A stretch of DNA of 64,000 bases from a virus. Lineage: Duplodnaviria; Caudoviricetes. Under the pieces are notes generated by a model that was given only the letters and a program-made list of their open reading frames with translations, searched no databases and was not told where the DNA came from. Numbering within the stretch: position 1 is the first letter of the stretch; every line of letters begins with the position of its first letter. This document shows, piece by piece, positions 49,621 through 59,167 of this stretch. The stretch spans positions 1 through 64,000 of the IMG/VR virus record IMGVR_UViG_3300032030_000062; one strand, given 5' to 3'. The translations under genes were made by a program, and so were the position numbers.

Positions 49621-50478
49621 ATGCGAAACGATTTTGCCGTTTTTATATTAAGTCATGGTAGGGGAAATAATGTAAAAACAGTAATTACATTATTGAAGTA
49701 TGGATATACTGGCAACTGGTATATTATTATTGATGATGAAGATAATCAATCGGATAAATATTATAGAAACTACGGAAAAGATCATGTAATTATGTTCAGT
49801 AAACAAGAGATGGACAATAAGTTTGACATAATGGATAATTTTACTGGACGATCAGTTCCAACATTTGCCAGAAATGCTGTATATGAAATAGCCAATCGAT
49901 TGAATTTAAAATATTTTCTGGAAGCTGATGATGATTTAACATGTTTTAGGCATAGATATTTAGATAGCAAGGGAAAGTTATGTACTAAATATATAACAGA
50001 TATGGATTCTGTTATAGAAAGATATTTAGAGTACATGGATAATACAAATATAACGGTTCTTGCATTCGCACAAACTGGAGATTTGATCGGTGGAAAAGAA
50101 TCTAAAATGTATTCAGATGTATATAGACGAAAAGCAATGCAAGGATTTATTGTGAGAGTTTCAGATCCTATAGAATATGTAGGAAGATTTAACGATGATG
50201 TTAATGCCTACGTAGATCATGGAAAGCGTGGAAAATTATTTTTAACTTTTCGTGATATTGTTATGGACACTGCCGAAACACAAGTACAGAGTGGAGGAAT
50301 TTCACAAATGTATTTAACATATGGCACTTATGTTAAATCATTTTATTCTGTTATGTTATGTCCAAGTTCTGTTTTTATTGATATGATGGGAATGAATCAT
50401 AGACGCATTCATCATATGATAAATTGGGAAACTTGTGTACCAAAAATTATAAGTAGTGATTTCAGAAAGGAGAATTAA
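49621..50478 (+). CDS. GT-A glycosyltransferase, paralog 2
   Basis: FAVFILSHGR, EADDD, GRFNDDV, QSGGI; visibly homologous to 48352-49212. Confidence 0.72.
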   Translation: MRNDFAVFILSHGRGNNVKTVITLLKYGYTGNWYIIIDDEDNQSDKYYRNYGKDHVIMFSKQEMDNKFDIMDNFTGRSVPTFARNAVYEIANRLNLKYFLEADDDLTCFRHRYLDSKGKLCTKYITDMDSVIERYLEYMDNTNITVLAFAQTGDLIGGKESKMYSDVYRRKAMQGFIVRVSDPIEYVGRFNDDVNAYVDHGKRGKLFLTFRDIVMDTAETQVQSGGISQMYLTYGTYVKSFYSVMLCPSSVFIDMMGMNHRRIHHMINWETCVPKIISSDFRKEN

Positions 50479-50653
50479 CATGATTATTCCAGTAGAATTG
50501 AATATTACAGAACAGGATTTAGGTAAGTTGAAAAAGAAAATTTTGTATGATAACAAGTTCGGTGATATTAAATTTGTTTTAGATGGTGCTGTTATATGTG
50601 AATCTCCTGTTGTGCTTGAAAAGTTGTTAGTTCATTTGGAGGAAATAAAATGA
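50456..50653 (+). CDS. small hypothetical protein
   Basis: AAGGAG RBS before the ATG at ~50480. Confidence 0.5.
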   Translation: MISERRINMIIPVELNITEQDLGKLKKKILYDNKFGDIKFVLDGAVICESPVVLEKLLVHLEEIK

Positions 50654-51378
50654 AAATAGGTTATTTTCCTATGGTAGCTGATGTTCTACACGCTGGTCAT
50701 ATATTAGCAATAAAGGAAGCAAGATCAAAATGTGATTATTTAATAGTTGGATTATACTGTAAACCAGAACGTAAACCAAATATTGTTCAAAGTATATTTG
50801 AACGGTATGTTCAATTATCTGCGATTAGTTATGTGGATGAAGTAATACCATATGAAAATTCGGAAGATGCGTGTCGTGTAATATTATCATTAAAATTTGA
50901 TGTATATTTTCTTGGAGCAGATTATAAAAATAAAAGTTTTGAAGGACAAGATTTATTAAAAAATTTGAATAAGGAAATTTGTTATATATCAAGAAATCAT
51001 ACTATGAGCAGTTCCGAATTAAAATCTAATATTGTAGCTACTTCCAAAGAAGCAAAATCTGGTAAGATAATTGCTGTAGACTTTGATGGATGTATATGCA
51101 GTTTAAATTGGCCAAATATAGGTGATCCAAATTGGGAAGTAATCAACGCTCTTAAAAAAGAAAAAGAATGTGGAGCAAAATTGATTTTATGGACTTGTAG
51201 ATCTGGTAACTTATTGCAATCGGCTTTAGATGCGTGTAATGAATGGGGAATACAGTTTGATGCAGTTAATGAAAATTTACCGGAGCGTCTTTTAAAATAT
51301 GGATATTCTGAATCCAGAAAAATAAGTGCCGATGAATACTGGGATGATTTAGCCGTTTTAAAAGGAAATAATAATTAA
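50650..51378 (+). CDS. cytidylyltransferase (TagD/RfaE-like HxGH) fused to a HAD-family phosphatase
   Basis: DVLHAGH, SIFERY, GADY, SSSELK; then IAVDFDGC, LWTCR, YWDD. Confidence 0.85.
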   Translation: MKIGYFPMVADVLHAGHILAIKEARSKCDYLIVGLYCKPERKPNIVQSIFERYVQLSAISYVDEVIPYENSEDACRVILSLKFDVYFLGADYKNKSFEGQDLLKNLNKEICYISRNHTMSSSELKSNIVATSKEAKSGKIIAVDFDGCICSLNWPNIGDPNWEVINALKKEKECGAKLILWTCRSGNLLQSALDACNEWGIQFDAVNENLPERLLKYGYSESRKISADEYWDDLAVLKGNNN

Positions 51379-51384
51379 CATAAA

Positions 51385-51651
51385 ATGGGAGGAATTGTTA
51401 TGCAAGTCATTAAAAGAGTATTTACACAGATTCATACCAGAAAACTTGATCGGTCAGTAGCACATAGAAATATGGAACGGTCACATATACGTCATGTTAA
51501 TAGACATGATTATAGTACCTATAAAACTATGTCAGGAATGACAGTACAGGAATATATTCCGAGTTATTTTGCAAGACATTGGAGAGATTATGTTGATATA
51601 CCTACTGTAGATTTAAGGAGGAGTAAGCATGAAGAACTTGAAATTCGGTAA
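51385..51651 (+). CDS. hypothetical basic protein
   Basis: GGAGG before the ATG at ~51400. Confidence 0.55.
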   Translation: MGGIVMQVIKRVFTQIHTRKLDRSVAHRNMERSHIRHVNRHDYSTYKTMSGMTVQEYIPSYFARHWRDYVDIPTVDLRRSKHEELEIR

Positions 51652-52028
51652 GATTAAGATTTATTTTCGTGATGGAAAAGTTGATGTTATTCCAAAAAAG
51701 TTATGGGATGATTATGAATACAATGGATCTTTATTTATTGTAAAACGCTGTGGCGCATGGGTATATACTTATAATATTGGTGATATTTCTTGTATCATTG
51801 TAAATAATAAGAAAGTAAAATGATAACAAATGTTTATGTTCAGGATTTACCAGGACAGGAGTTAAAATTATGGTGTTCTTGTATTTCTTGTGGAAAATCA
51901 TATGAGCAGGATCATAAAATGATACAACTAACCTTTAAAAGTGATAGCGGAACAGGAACAGTTATCAATCTTTGTGATAAGTGCCGCAAAGAATTATATG
52001 AGATTTTGTAATTTCGGAGGAATAGTAT

Positions 52029-53126
52029 ATGAAACTTACAATTAAAACTGAAAAGCTGAAAGAAATGGTATCTCGTGCAGTAAAGGGAGTAGGTAATAAT
52101 AAACTTATTCCGCTTACAAGTCTTATGTGTATTGAATTAAAGGATAATAAACTTACTCTTATTACCACGGATGCTACAAATTATTTGTATATAACAGAGG
52201 ACAAGGTTATCGCAGATGATTTTTATGCCGTAGTAGATGCTAACATGTTTTCTAAATTGATTTCAAAAATGACCTGTGATAATATTACATTAGAAATAAA
52301 GACAGGTATTCTCAGTGTGAAGGGAAACGGAAATTATAAGATTGAACTTCCGCTGGATGAAAACGGTGAACCTATTAAATATCCTGATCCTTATGAAAAG
52401 TTGTGTGATGTATCGTCAGATGTAGGAACAATCAATAGAACAACTATTCAGGTTATTCTTGAAACAATTAAACCAGCACTCGCAACAACACTTGAAAATC
52501 CTTGTTATACAGGATATTATGTCGGAGATAATATTGTTGCAACAGATACATATAAAATTGCAAGTATGGGAGTTAAATTGTTTGAGTCTGATCCTAAGCT
52601 TGTTAGTGCTGAATTGTTAGATTTACTGGCTGTAATGAATGCAGAAAAGATCAGAGTGGAAACATCTGATAACGATGTAATATTTATTACGCCCGATTGC
52701 ATTGTATGCGGTAAGTTTATGGAAGGCATCGATGATTATGCTATTGATGCAATCACTGATTTAGTAAATACTGAAATTGATAGCTTTTGTTCCGTGCCTA
52801 AGAGCGCATTGTTACAGTTATTGGATAGACTTTCATTGTTTGTCGGTACTTATGATAAAAATGCAGTACATCTTACATTTACAAATGAAGGATTGCAAGT
52901 ATCATCTAAAGCGGCGAACGGTATTGAATTGATAAAGTATGTTGTAAGCGATAACTTTAAGGACTTCACCTGTTCTATTGATATTCAGATGTTGACGCAG
53001 GAAGTAAAGGCAATTCAGAGTGATGTTATCGAAATGTATTATGGCGAAGATAATGCTATTAAGATGACAGATGGTAATATAACAATAATTGTCGCATTAT
53101 TAGAGGATGATGATATGGAAGAATAA
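52029..53126 (+). CDS. dnaN: DNA sliding clamp (beta-clamp-like)
   Basis: 365 aa; LTLITTD and VATDTYKIA motifs; three-domain length. Confidence 0.85.
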   Translation: MKLTIKTEKLKEMVSRAVKGVGNNKLIPLTSLMCIELKDNKLTLITTDATNYLYITEDKVIADDFYAVVDANMFSKLISKMTCDNITLEIKTGILSVKGNGNYKIELPLDENGEPIKYPDPYEKLCDVSSDVGTINRTTIQVILETIKPALATTLENPCYTGYYVGDNIVATDTYKIASMGVKLFESDPKLVSAELLDLLAVMNAEKIRVETSDNDVIFITPDCIVCGKFMEGIDDYAIDAITDLVNTEIDSFCSVPKSALLQLLDRLSLFVGTYDKNAVHLTFTNEGLQVSSKAANGIELIKYVVSDNFKDFTCSIDIQMLTQEVKAIQSDVIEMYYGEDNAIKMTDGNITIIVALLEDDDMEE

Positions 53127-53133
53127 GTAATAG

Positions 53134-53184
53134 ATAAAGCTACTGATGGTAAAGCGTTTTATTTGCTGTCAGTAGCTTTATTTT
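53134..53184 (+). terminator. long-stem terminator
   Basis: ATAAAGCTACTGA/TCAGTAGCTTTAT 13-bp stem followed by Ts. Confidence 0.7.
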
Positions 53185-53186
53185 GC

Positions 53187-53215
53187 TTGTAATTTAGTCG
53201 TATATGTTATATAAT
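53187..53215 (+). promoter_or_regulatory. sigma-A-type promoter
   Basis: TTGTAA-17-TATAAT with TGTTA. Confidence 0.65.
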
Positions 53216-53258
53216 ATTTATGTAACATATAAACAAACTCAAAAAAGGAGAATAGTAT

Positions 53259-54050
53259 ATGGCAAGACAATCGTTAAAAAATGTGTGCAGGTTAATAAAT
53301 GCGGCTAAAGAAGTATTATCACCAGAACAGGAGTTTTTAAATGATCTGAAGAGGTCTATTGAATTAAATGCTGATAAAGGACAAAGATTACCAAGTAAGA
53401 CATATAAACCATCTGGTATGAATTGTATTCGTGCAAGTTATTATCAAGTATCTGGTATTGAACCTGATCTGTCAAGTTCAAATTATACGTTAGTTGGTAT
53501 ATGTAATAGTGGAACAGATATTCACGTTCGGATTCAGACTGCTGTTGAGCAAATGAAGGAGAATAACATTGATTGTGAATATATAGATGTGGCAGAATTT
53601 GTAAAACAAAGAAATTTGGATTATCTCACTATTGTTTCTAAGAATGGTATGGAAACAAAGTTGTATTACGAAAAATTAAATCTGTCGTTTATGTGTGACG
53701 GTATTATAAGATACAAAGGACATTATTATATTCTTGAATTAAAAACAGAGAATAGTTATAAATTTACGAATAGGCATGAAGTTGATCCATCACATTACAA
53801 TCAGGGAACAGCTTATTCAATAGCATTCAATATTCCTGAGGTATTATTTATATATATTAGTAGAGATGTGTTAGACATGAAAGCTTTTATGTTTGTGCCT
53901 ACAGATGAGATGAAACAGAATCTTATAGGCTATATAGAGGAATGCAACGGGTATGTATCAAGAATGATAGCACCTCCGAAACCAGAAAATGTAAGTAAAA
54001 AAGCGTGTTCTTATTGCGGATATAAAAATCAATGTAAGAAGGATGGCTAA
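53259..54050 (+). CDS. Cas4-like PD-(D/E)xK exonuclease
   Basis: PSGMNC, GTDIH, CDG...ILELKT, Q..AY, terminal CSYC...C. Confidence 0.85.
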   Translation: MARQSLKNVCRLINAAKEVLSPEQEFLNDLKRSIELNADKGQRLPSKTYKPSGMNCIRASYYQVSGIEPDLSSSNYTLVGICNSGTDIHVRIQTAVEQMKENNIDCEYIDVAEFVKQRNLDYLTIVSKNGMETKLYYEKLNLSFMCDGIIRYKGHYYILELKTENSYKFTNRHEVDPSHYNQGTAYSIAFNIPEVLFIYISRDVLDMKAFMFVPTDEMKQNLIGYIEECNGYVSRMIAPPKPENVSKKACSYCGYKNQCKKDG

Positions 54051-54236
54051 TATGAAAGTGCAGGTTATATTTAATGACTTGAAAACAGATGGTGCTATGC
54101 CAGCTACATGTGAATTAACTGTTGGATATGGAGAACAATCAGAATTTTTAAATTTAAGGTTCGATGATCTTGATTTAGAAGTAGCTATTCCATTGTATTA
54201 TATAGGATTAGTGTTAGGAGGTGAAGAACACGGATA

Positions 54237-54782
54237 ATGGCTGTTAATAGAGGGAAACGGTTTGAAGATGTTATACGCAAATCTTTTGAGCGTGTCGAAG
54301 GTGTTTCTATTGACCGTCTAAATGATAATACCGCTGGATTTAAGGGGATCGCGGGTATTTGTGATTTCATAGTATATAAAGAGCCGTATGAATATTATAT
54401 AGAATGTAAATCCGTACATGGAAATACATTGAGTATTCATAGTAACGATCCTAAACATAAATATGGAAATATAACAAATACTCAATGGGAAGGACTTTTA
54501 GAGAAATCAAAAATAGAAGGTGTATTTGCAGGAATTATTTGTTGGTGGATAGATAAAGATGTTACCGCATTTATACCGATTTGGTATCTCGATTATTTAA
54601 AACAAAATCAAAAGGTAAAAAGTATCAATGTAAATTCAATGTTAAAAGAAAGCGAAGAATTGGAAAAATATTTTGATTTTAAAAATCCACACTTTATACA
54701 GATAAAAGGAAAAAAGAAAAGAGTTTTCTTTGATTATGACATGGAGGAATTTTTTAATGTCTTTACAGACTGTGTTAGATAA
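54237..54782 (+). CDS. recU: Holliday junction resolvase RecU-like
   Basis: NRGKRFE, CDFIVY, YIECKS. Confidence 0.85.
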   Translation: MAVNRGKRFEDVIRKSFERVEGVSIDRLNDNTAGFKGIAGICDFIVYKEPYEYYIECKSVHGNTLSIHSNDPKHKYGNITNTQWEGLLEKSKIEGVFAGIICWWIDKDVTAFIPIWYLDYLKQNQKVKSINVNSMLKESEELEKYFDFKNPHFIQIKGKKKRVFFDYDMEEFFNVFTDCVR

Positions 54783-55767
54783 TTTACCACAATTTAAAAG
54801 TGATGAGATTATAAAAGCATTTGTTAAAGGATATTCAATTATAAATAATCCAATGTATAAACGTCCTATTTGTTCAATTTCCGGCGGCTCAGATAGTGAT
54901 GTAATGCTTGACATTATTCATAGAATAGACGAACAAAAGAAAGTAACTTATGTTTGGTTTGATACTGGACTTGAGTATAAGGCCACAAAAGAACATCTAA
55001 AATACCTTGAAAATAGATATGACATAAAAATCCATAGAGAGAGAGCAATTAAACCAATTCCTCTTTGTACAAGAAAGTATGGACAGCCGTTTTTGAATAA
55101 GTTTGTATCCGAGCATTTAGGAAGATTGCAGTATCATAATTTCGTTTGGGAAGATGGTACATTTGAAGAATTATGTGAAAAGTATACTAAGTGTGTAGGT
55201 TCAATTAAGTTTTGGTGTAATAAATATCCAGTTAAAGATGGATATACAAAGTCCAAGCTTAATATTAACTATAATAAATGGTTAAAAGAATTTGTTATGA
55301 TGAATCCGCCTACGTTTACAATTTCCAGTAAATGTTGTTACTATGCAAAGAAAAAACCTTCTCATGATTTGATGAAAAAGTTAGGCTGTGATTTAGTTAT
55401 TATAGGTGTTCGCAAAGCAGAAGGTGGTATTCGTGCTTTACAATATAAGAATTGTTATACTCAGGGAGAGAATCAATATCGACCATTATTTTGGTTTAAT
55501 GATAGTGATAAACAGATATATGCAGAAGCATTTGATATAATACATTCAGAGTGTTATGAAAGATGGGGATTCAAAAGAACTGGTTGTGTAGGATGTCCGT
55601 ATGGACTTAATTTGACAGAGGAATTAGCTATTGTACAGAAGTATGAGCCAAATTTATATAAAGCTGCCAATAATGTATTTAAAGAAAGTTATGAGTATAC
55701 AAAACAATATAGACAGTTTGTAAGAGAAATGAAAGATAAAGAAAGAGGAAGGAGAAAGTTATTTTAA
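54757..55767 (+). CDS. PAPS reductase-family (PP-loop) protein
   Basis: SISGGSDS, FDTGLEY, CC...KKKP, GVRKAE, RTGCVGCP. Confidence 0.88.
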   Translation: MSLQTVLDNLPQFKSDEIIKAFVKGYSIINNPMYKRPICSISGGSDSDVMLDIIHRIDEQKKVTYVWFDTGLEYKATKEHLKYLENRYDIKIHRERAIKPIPLCTRKYGQPFLNKFVSEHLGRLQYHNFVWEDGTFEELCEKYTKCVGSIKFWCNKYPVKDGYTKSKLNINYNKWLKEFVMMNPPTFTISSKCCYYAKKKPSHDLMKKLGCDLVIIGVRKAEGGIRALQYKNCYTQGENQYRPLFWFNDSDKQIYAEAFDIIHSECYERWGFKRTGCVGCPYGLNLTEELAIVQKYEPNLYKAANNVFKESYEYTKQYRQFVREMKDKERGRRKLF

Positions 55768-55974
55768 ATGAACTATCTATGTCCTAAATGTGGAAGTTTT
55801 ATGCAAACAATTGTGACAGCATCTATACCAGCTATGGTACGTTATGCGTGTTTTAATTGTGGTTATAAATCTAAGTCAGAAAAAGAACCATTGTATATGA
55901 CTTTACCAAAAGAACTTTGGTCAGATGATGCTAAAATTGAGTAAGTGTAAAAAAATTATTGGGAGGATAAGTTA

Positions 55975-56382
55975 ATGATTATTGTTATTATGTTTTTAGC
56001 TACAGTATTATTAGGTGTAATAACATGGGCCACCTATTGGAAGTTTGAAACTGAAATTATTTGTTGTATATCACTCCTATTGACAGTTATATCAGGTATA
56101 ATAACAACCTTCATGTTGATTAGTTGTATTTTTGTCCACATTCCATTTTGCAAAAATCAGAGGTTAATTGAATATGAACAGAAATATATAACCATTACTC
56201 AGGCGATAAATACTGATGTTAGTAATATAATTATATTGGCAGATCAAATAGCCGAATATAATTCGGATATACTTAAAGGAAGAATGATGCAAGATAGTAA
56301 ATATTTTAATGTGTTAAATTATGATTTTTATTATGATTTGCCCCTTATTGAATTAAATGGAGTTAATAGTGATGCCGAATAG
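55975..56382 (+). CDS. hypothetical membrane protein
   Basis: Two hydrophobic segments; GGAGG RBS. Confidence 0.65.
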   Translation: MIIVIMFLATVLLGVITWATYWKFETEIICCISLLLTVISGIITTFMLISCIFVHIPFCKNQRLIEYEQKYITITQAINTDVSNIIILADQIAEYNSDILKGRMMQDSKYFNVLNYDFYYDLPLIELNGVNSDAE

Positions 56383-56611
56383 ACGTAAAGATTATAAAAA
56401 TATGGATAAGTATCGAAAAACCAAAAAAGAACAAAGTACACGATATAGATTAAGAACAGGAGCATTTTTATATCCTCGTAGACCGTGGGAAGAATGGGAA
56501 GATGAACTTGTGCTGGAACATAGTTATAAGGACACTGAATTAGCAGTTAAATTGGAACGATCAGTACAAGCTATACAGAATCGTAGATGGAGACTTAATC
56601 ATGAAATTTAA
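56372..56611 (+). CDS. small HTH/Myb-like protein
   Basis: WEEWEDEL...LAVKLERSVQAIQNRR. Confidence 0.6.
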   Translation: MPNRRKDYKNMDKYRKTKKEQSTRYRLRTGAFLYPRRPWEEWEDELVLEHSYKDTELAVKLERSVQAIQNRRWRLNHEI

Positions 56612-57131
56612 TTTAACAGATGAAGAACTGGACAAAATTCACGATATAAAAGATGATGTAGAAGGAAAATCTACAGTTATTGATGAGATTGTCAATAGTA
56701 TTATTCAACCGTATTGTAAAGACCTTGATAAGTATGTGCTTTTTATCAAAGATTGTTTAAAAGATGGTGAAAATCCACCAACTACAGATGAACTTGATGA
56801 TTTTTGTCTTAATTTATCTACTTATATTTATTTTGCCGGTGGTATGTGTGAACAGCTTGGAATTAGGGATGATATAGCAAAAGCGGTGTACAAAGAAATG
56901 TATCACACAGCAAGGGCAAGTCAAGATAAGGGTACTGTAGCAGATAAAGATAGTTTGGCAGAGTTGGCAAGTCAGGAACAGTTTATAGTATCATCGTCTT
57001 ATACACGCGCTTATAAGACGATGAGATCAAAGGTAGAAAATGCACAAGAACTTTTAGGAAGTGTTAAGAAAGTTTTATCTAGGCGTATGTCAGAAATGGA
57101 ACTTACGAGAATGGGAGGTAGTGGTAAATGA
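56601..57131 (+). CDS. helical protein, possible UvsY-like recombination mediator
   Basis: Helical; GTVADK motif; recombination neighbourhood. Confidence 0.4.
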   Translation: MKFNLTDEELDKIHDIKDDVEGKSTVIDEIVNSIIQPYCKDLDKYVLFIKDCLKDGENPPTTDELDDFCLNLSTYIYFAGGMCEQLGIRDDIAKAVYKEMYHTARASQDKGTVADKDSLAELASQEQFIVSSSYTRAYKTMRSKVENAQELLGSVKKVLSRRMSEMELTRMGGSGK

Positions 57132-57288
57132 ATAAAGATTATATGGATAAAATTATTAGCATATTGGATGATGCAAGCGAACATGAGTCATTGGATGATT
57201 ATTCGATTTTGCTTGATAATGTGATAACAGAAGCGGCAGGTAGAATGGACACATTAGATTGTGCCAGTTGTTGTGTGGGGGACTAAAG

Positions 57289-57654
57289 ATGACAGGTAGT
57301 GAATATCAAAAGGCAGCTATGAGAACATGTGATGTACCAAATATAAATGTTAGACAGGTACTTGGTCTTTCAGAGAATGATTATTGTAAATTTAAGCATG
57401 GTATGTATGGACTTGTATCAGAAATTGGTGAAGCATCTGGTATTCTTCAGAAAATTTCACAGGGACATGACTGGGATGAAAATCATTTTCTGAAAGAACT
57501 TGGCGATTGCTTATGGTTTATAGCAGAATTATGTGATGCATTCGGAGTAACAATGGATATGATTATGCAGATGAATATTGATAAATTAAAAGCACGTTAT
57601 CCTGACGGATTTGATTCAGAACATAGTTTGCACAGGGAAGAAGGAGATATTTAA
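57289..57654 (+). CDS. MazG-like nucleotide pyrophosphohydrolase
   Basis: YQKAAMRT, EIGE, ELGDCLW, NIDKLKARY. Confidence 0.88.
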   Translation: MTGSEYQKAAMRTCDVPNINVRQVLGLSENDYCKFKHGMYGLVSEIGEASGILQKISQGHDWDENHFLKELGDCLWFIAELCDAFGVTMDMIMQMNIDKLKARYPDGFDSEHSLHREEGDI

Positions 57655-58028
57655 TGTCATATTTAGATCAGGCAATATCACAGGCAGCATCACAATTAGA
57701 ATCTAAATTGAAAAATAATATTATTGAAAAATTAGAAGATAATGTTAATCATCCAAAACACTATGAAGGATCGTGTTCCATGGAATGCATTGATATTATG
57801 CAGATGATATTTGGTCCAGAAATTGTATGCTGGTATTGCTTAGTTAATGCGTTTAAATATATGTGGCGATGGAGAAATAAAAATGGCATAGAAGATTTAG
57901 ATAAAGCTGATTGGTATTTAAACAAATATAGATCAATCGAATTTACTCCATTATCACGTATGTCAGTTATATATAAGGATTTAAGTAAGATGATGCAAAG
58001 ATTTAGGGAGGAAATAAAAGATGATTAA
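57654..58028 (+). CDS. DUF3310 (T7 gp1.7/SaV-like) protein
   Basis: VNHPKHY, ECID, NAFKY.WR..KNG.EDL.KA.WYL. Confidence 0.85.
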   Translation: MSYLDQAISQAASQLESKLKNNIIEKLEDNVNHPKHYEGSCSMECIDIMQMIFGPEIVCWYCLVNAFKYMWRWRNKNGIEDLDKADWYLNKYRSIEFTPLSRMSVIYKDLSKMMQRFREEIKDD

Positions 58029-58707
58029 AGTAGAAAAAATTGATGCGTGGGGATTTGAACATGCTATTAGAGGTATGAGAAATCCTATGAATAGTTGGGA
58101 TAAGAGTGATAGTTTGCTTTGTGGAGATATTGCACATCCTGATTTAATTGTAGGACAAAATGATTTAAACCTTATGAGAAGATTATATAAAGCAGGTACA
58201 GAGCATAGAAAGTATCTTAGGCAGATTTTTGTATCTATGGATATAACAGCACCATTATATTGGTGGAAAGAATTTAGCACATATAAATTCGTTGATCCTG
58301 ATTTACCACATATAGATACAAATTCCTGTTCTACTATGCATAAGATTACTGCCAAAGAATTTGAATTGGATGATTTTAGCCATGAACATCTATTTCATGA
58401 CGGTAAACTGTCGTTAATAGATACTATAAATGTTTTAAATCGTTGGAGAAGAATTTATTTAAATGGTGACGTTTTTGCCCCACACAATTCTAATGTAGTT
58501 GAAAAAGTTGAGCCGAAAGATAAGAGAGTTTGGTGGCAGTTAATACAGTTACTTCCATCTTCTTATAATCAGAAAAGAACTGTAACATTTTCTTACGAAA
58601 CCGCAATATCTATGATTAAACAACGAACGGGACATAAATTAGATGAGTGGAGAAATTTTGTTGAAATACTGAATAAATTACCATACGTGAAAGAAATTAT
58701 GGAGTAA
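58021..58707 (+). CDS. divergent ThyX-like (flavin-dependent thymidylate synthase-like) protein
   Basis: HRKYLRQ, APLYWWKEF, SCSTMH, LLPSSY, R.GHKLDEW; lacks a canonical RHR. Confidence 0.65.
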   Translation: MIKVEKIDAWGFEHAIRGMRNPMNSWDKSDSLLCGDIAHPDLIVGQNDLNLMRRLYKAGTEHRKYLRQIFVSMDITAPLYWWKEFSTYKFVDPDLPHIDTNSCSTMHKITAKEFELDDFSHEHLFHDGKLSLIDTINVLNRWRRIYLNGDVFAPHNSNVVEKVEPKDKRVWWQLIQLLPSSYNQKRTVTFSYETAISMIKQRTGHKLDEWRNFVEILNKLPYVKEIME

Positions 58708-58710
58708 ACT

Positions 58711-58959
58711 ATGAAAAAGCCTATTGATTTTACAACCTTTAAAAAAATTAAAAGCATGTCCTTGAATGATTTTAATAGATGGCTATCAGATTTATGCAGT
58801 ACCGTATACGATGACGGTTTTAATTATGCCATGAAAGATGTAAGTACAGAAATAACTGATGATAGACTATTGGAGATTTTATTATCTGTAAAGGGAATAG
58901 GTAAGAATAGAGCTAAAGAGGTAGTAAGTAAAATTTTAGAAGAAGGAACATTTATGTGA
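58711..58959 (+). CDS. small helix-hairpin-helix protein
   Basis: LLSVKGIGKNRA HhH motif. Confidence 0.65.
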   Translation: MKKPIDFTTFKKIKSMSLNDFNRWLSDLCSTVYDDGFNYAMKDVSTEITDDRLLEILLSVKGIGKNRAKEVVSKILEEGTFM

Positions 58960-58960
58960 A

Positions 58961-59167
58961 ATGTTTATATGTACAAAGTGTGGTTCCAAACAATCCAAAA
59001 TTATTGAAACCAGATTATGCGGTGAGAATGTTATTAGGTTAAGAATTTGTAAAGCCTGTAATAACAGAATGTATACTGAGGAAAGTAAAATAGATTATTT
59101 TGACGGTTGGGATAAATTATCTAAATTTTACCGAAAACAAAGGAGCAATCATGGGATCAAAACTTGA
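58961..59167 (+). CDS. NrdR-N-like zinc ribbon protein
   Basis: CTKC..SKIIETR...RLRICKAC..RMYTEE. Confidence 0.7.
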   Translation: MFICTKCGSKQSKIIETRLCGENVIRLRICKACNNRMYTEESKIDYFDGWDKLSKFYRKQRSNHGIKT

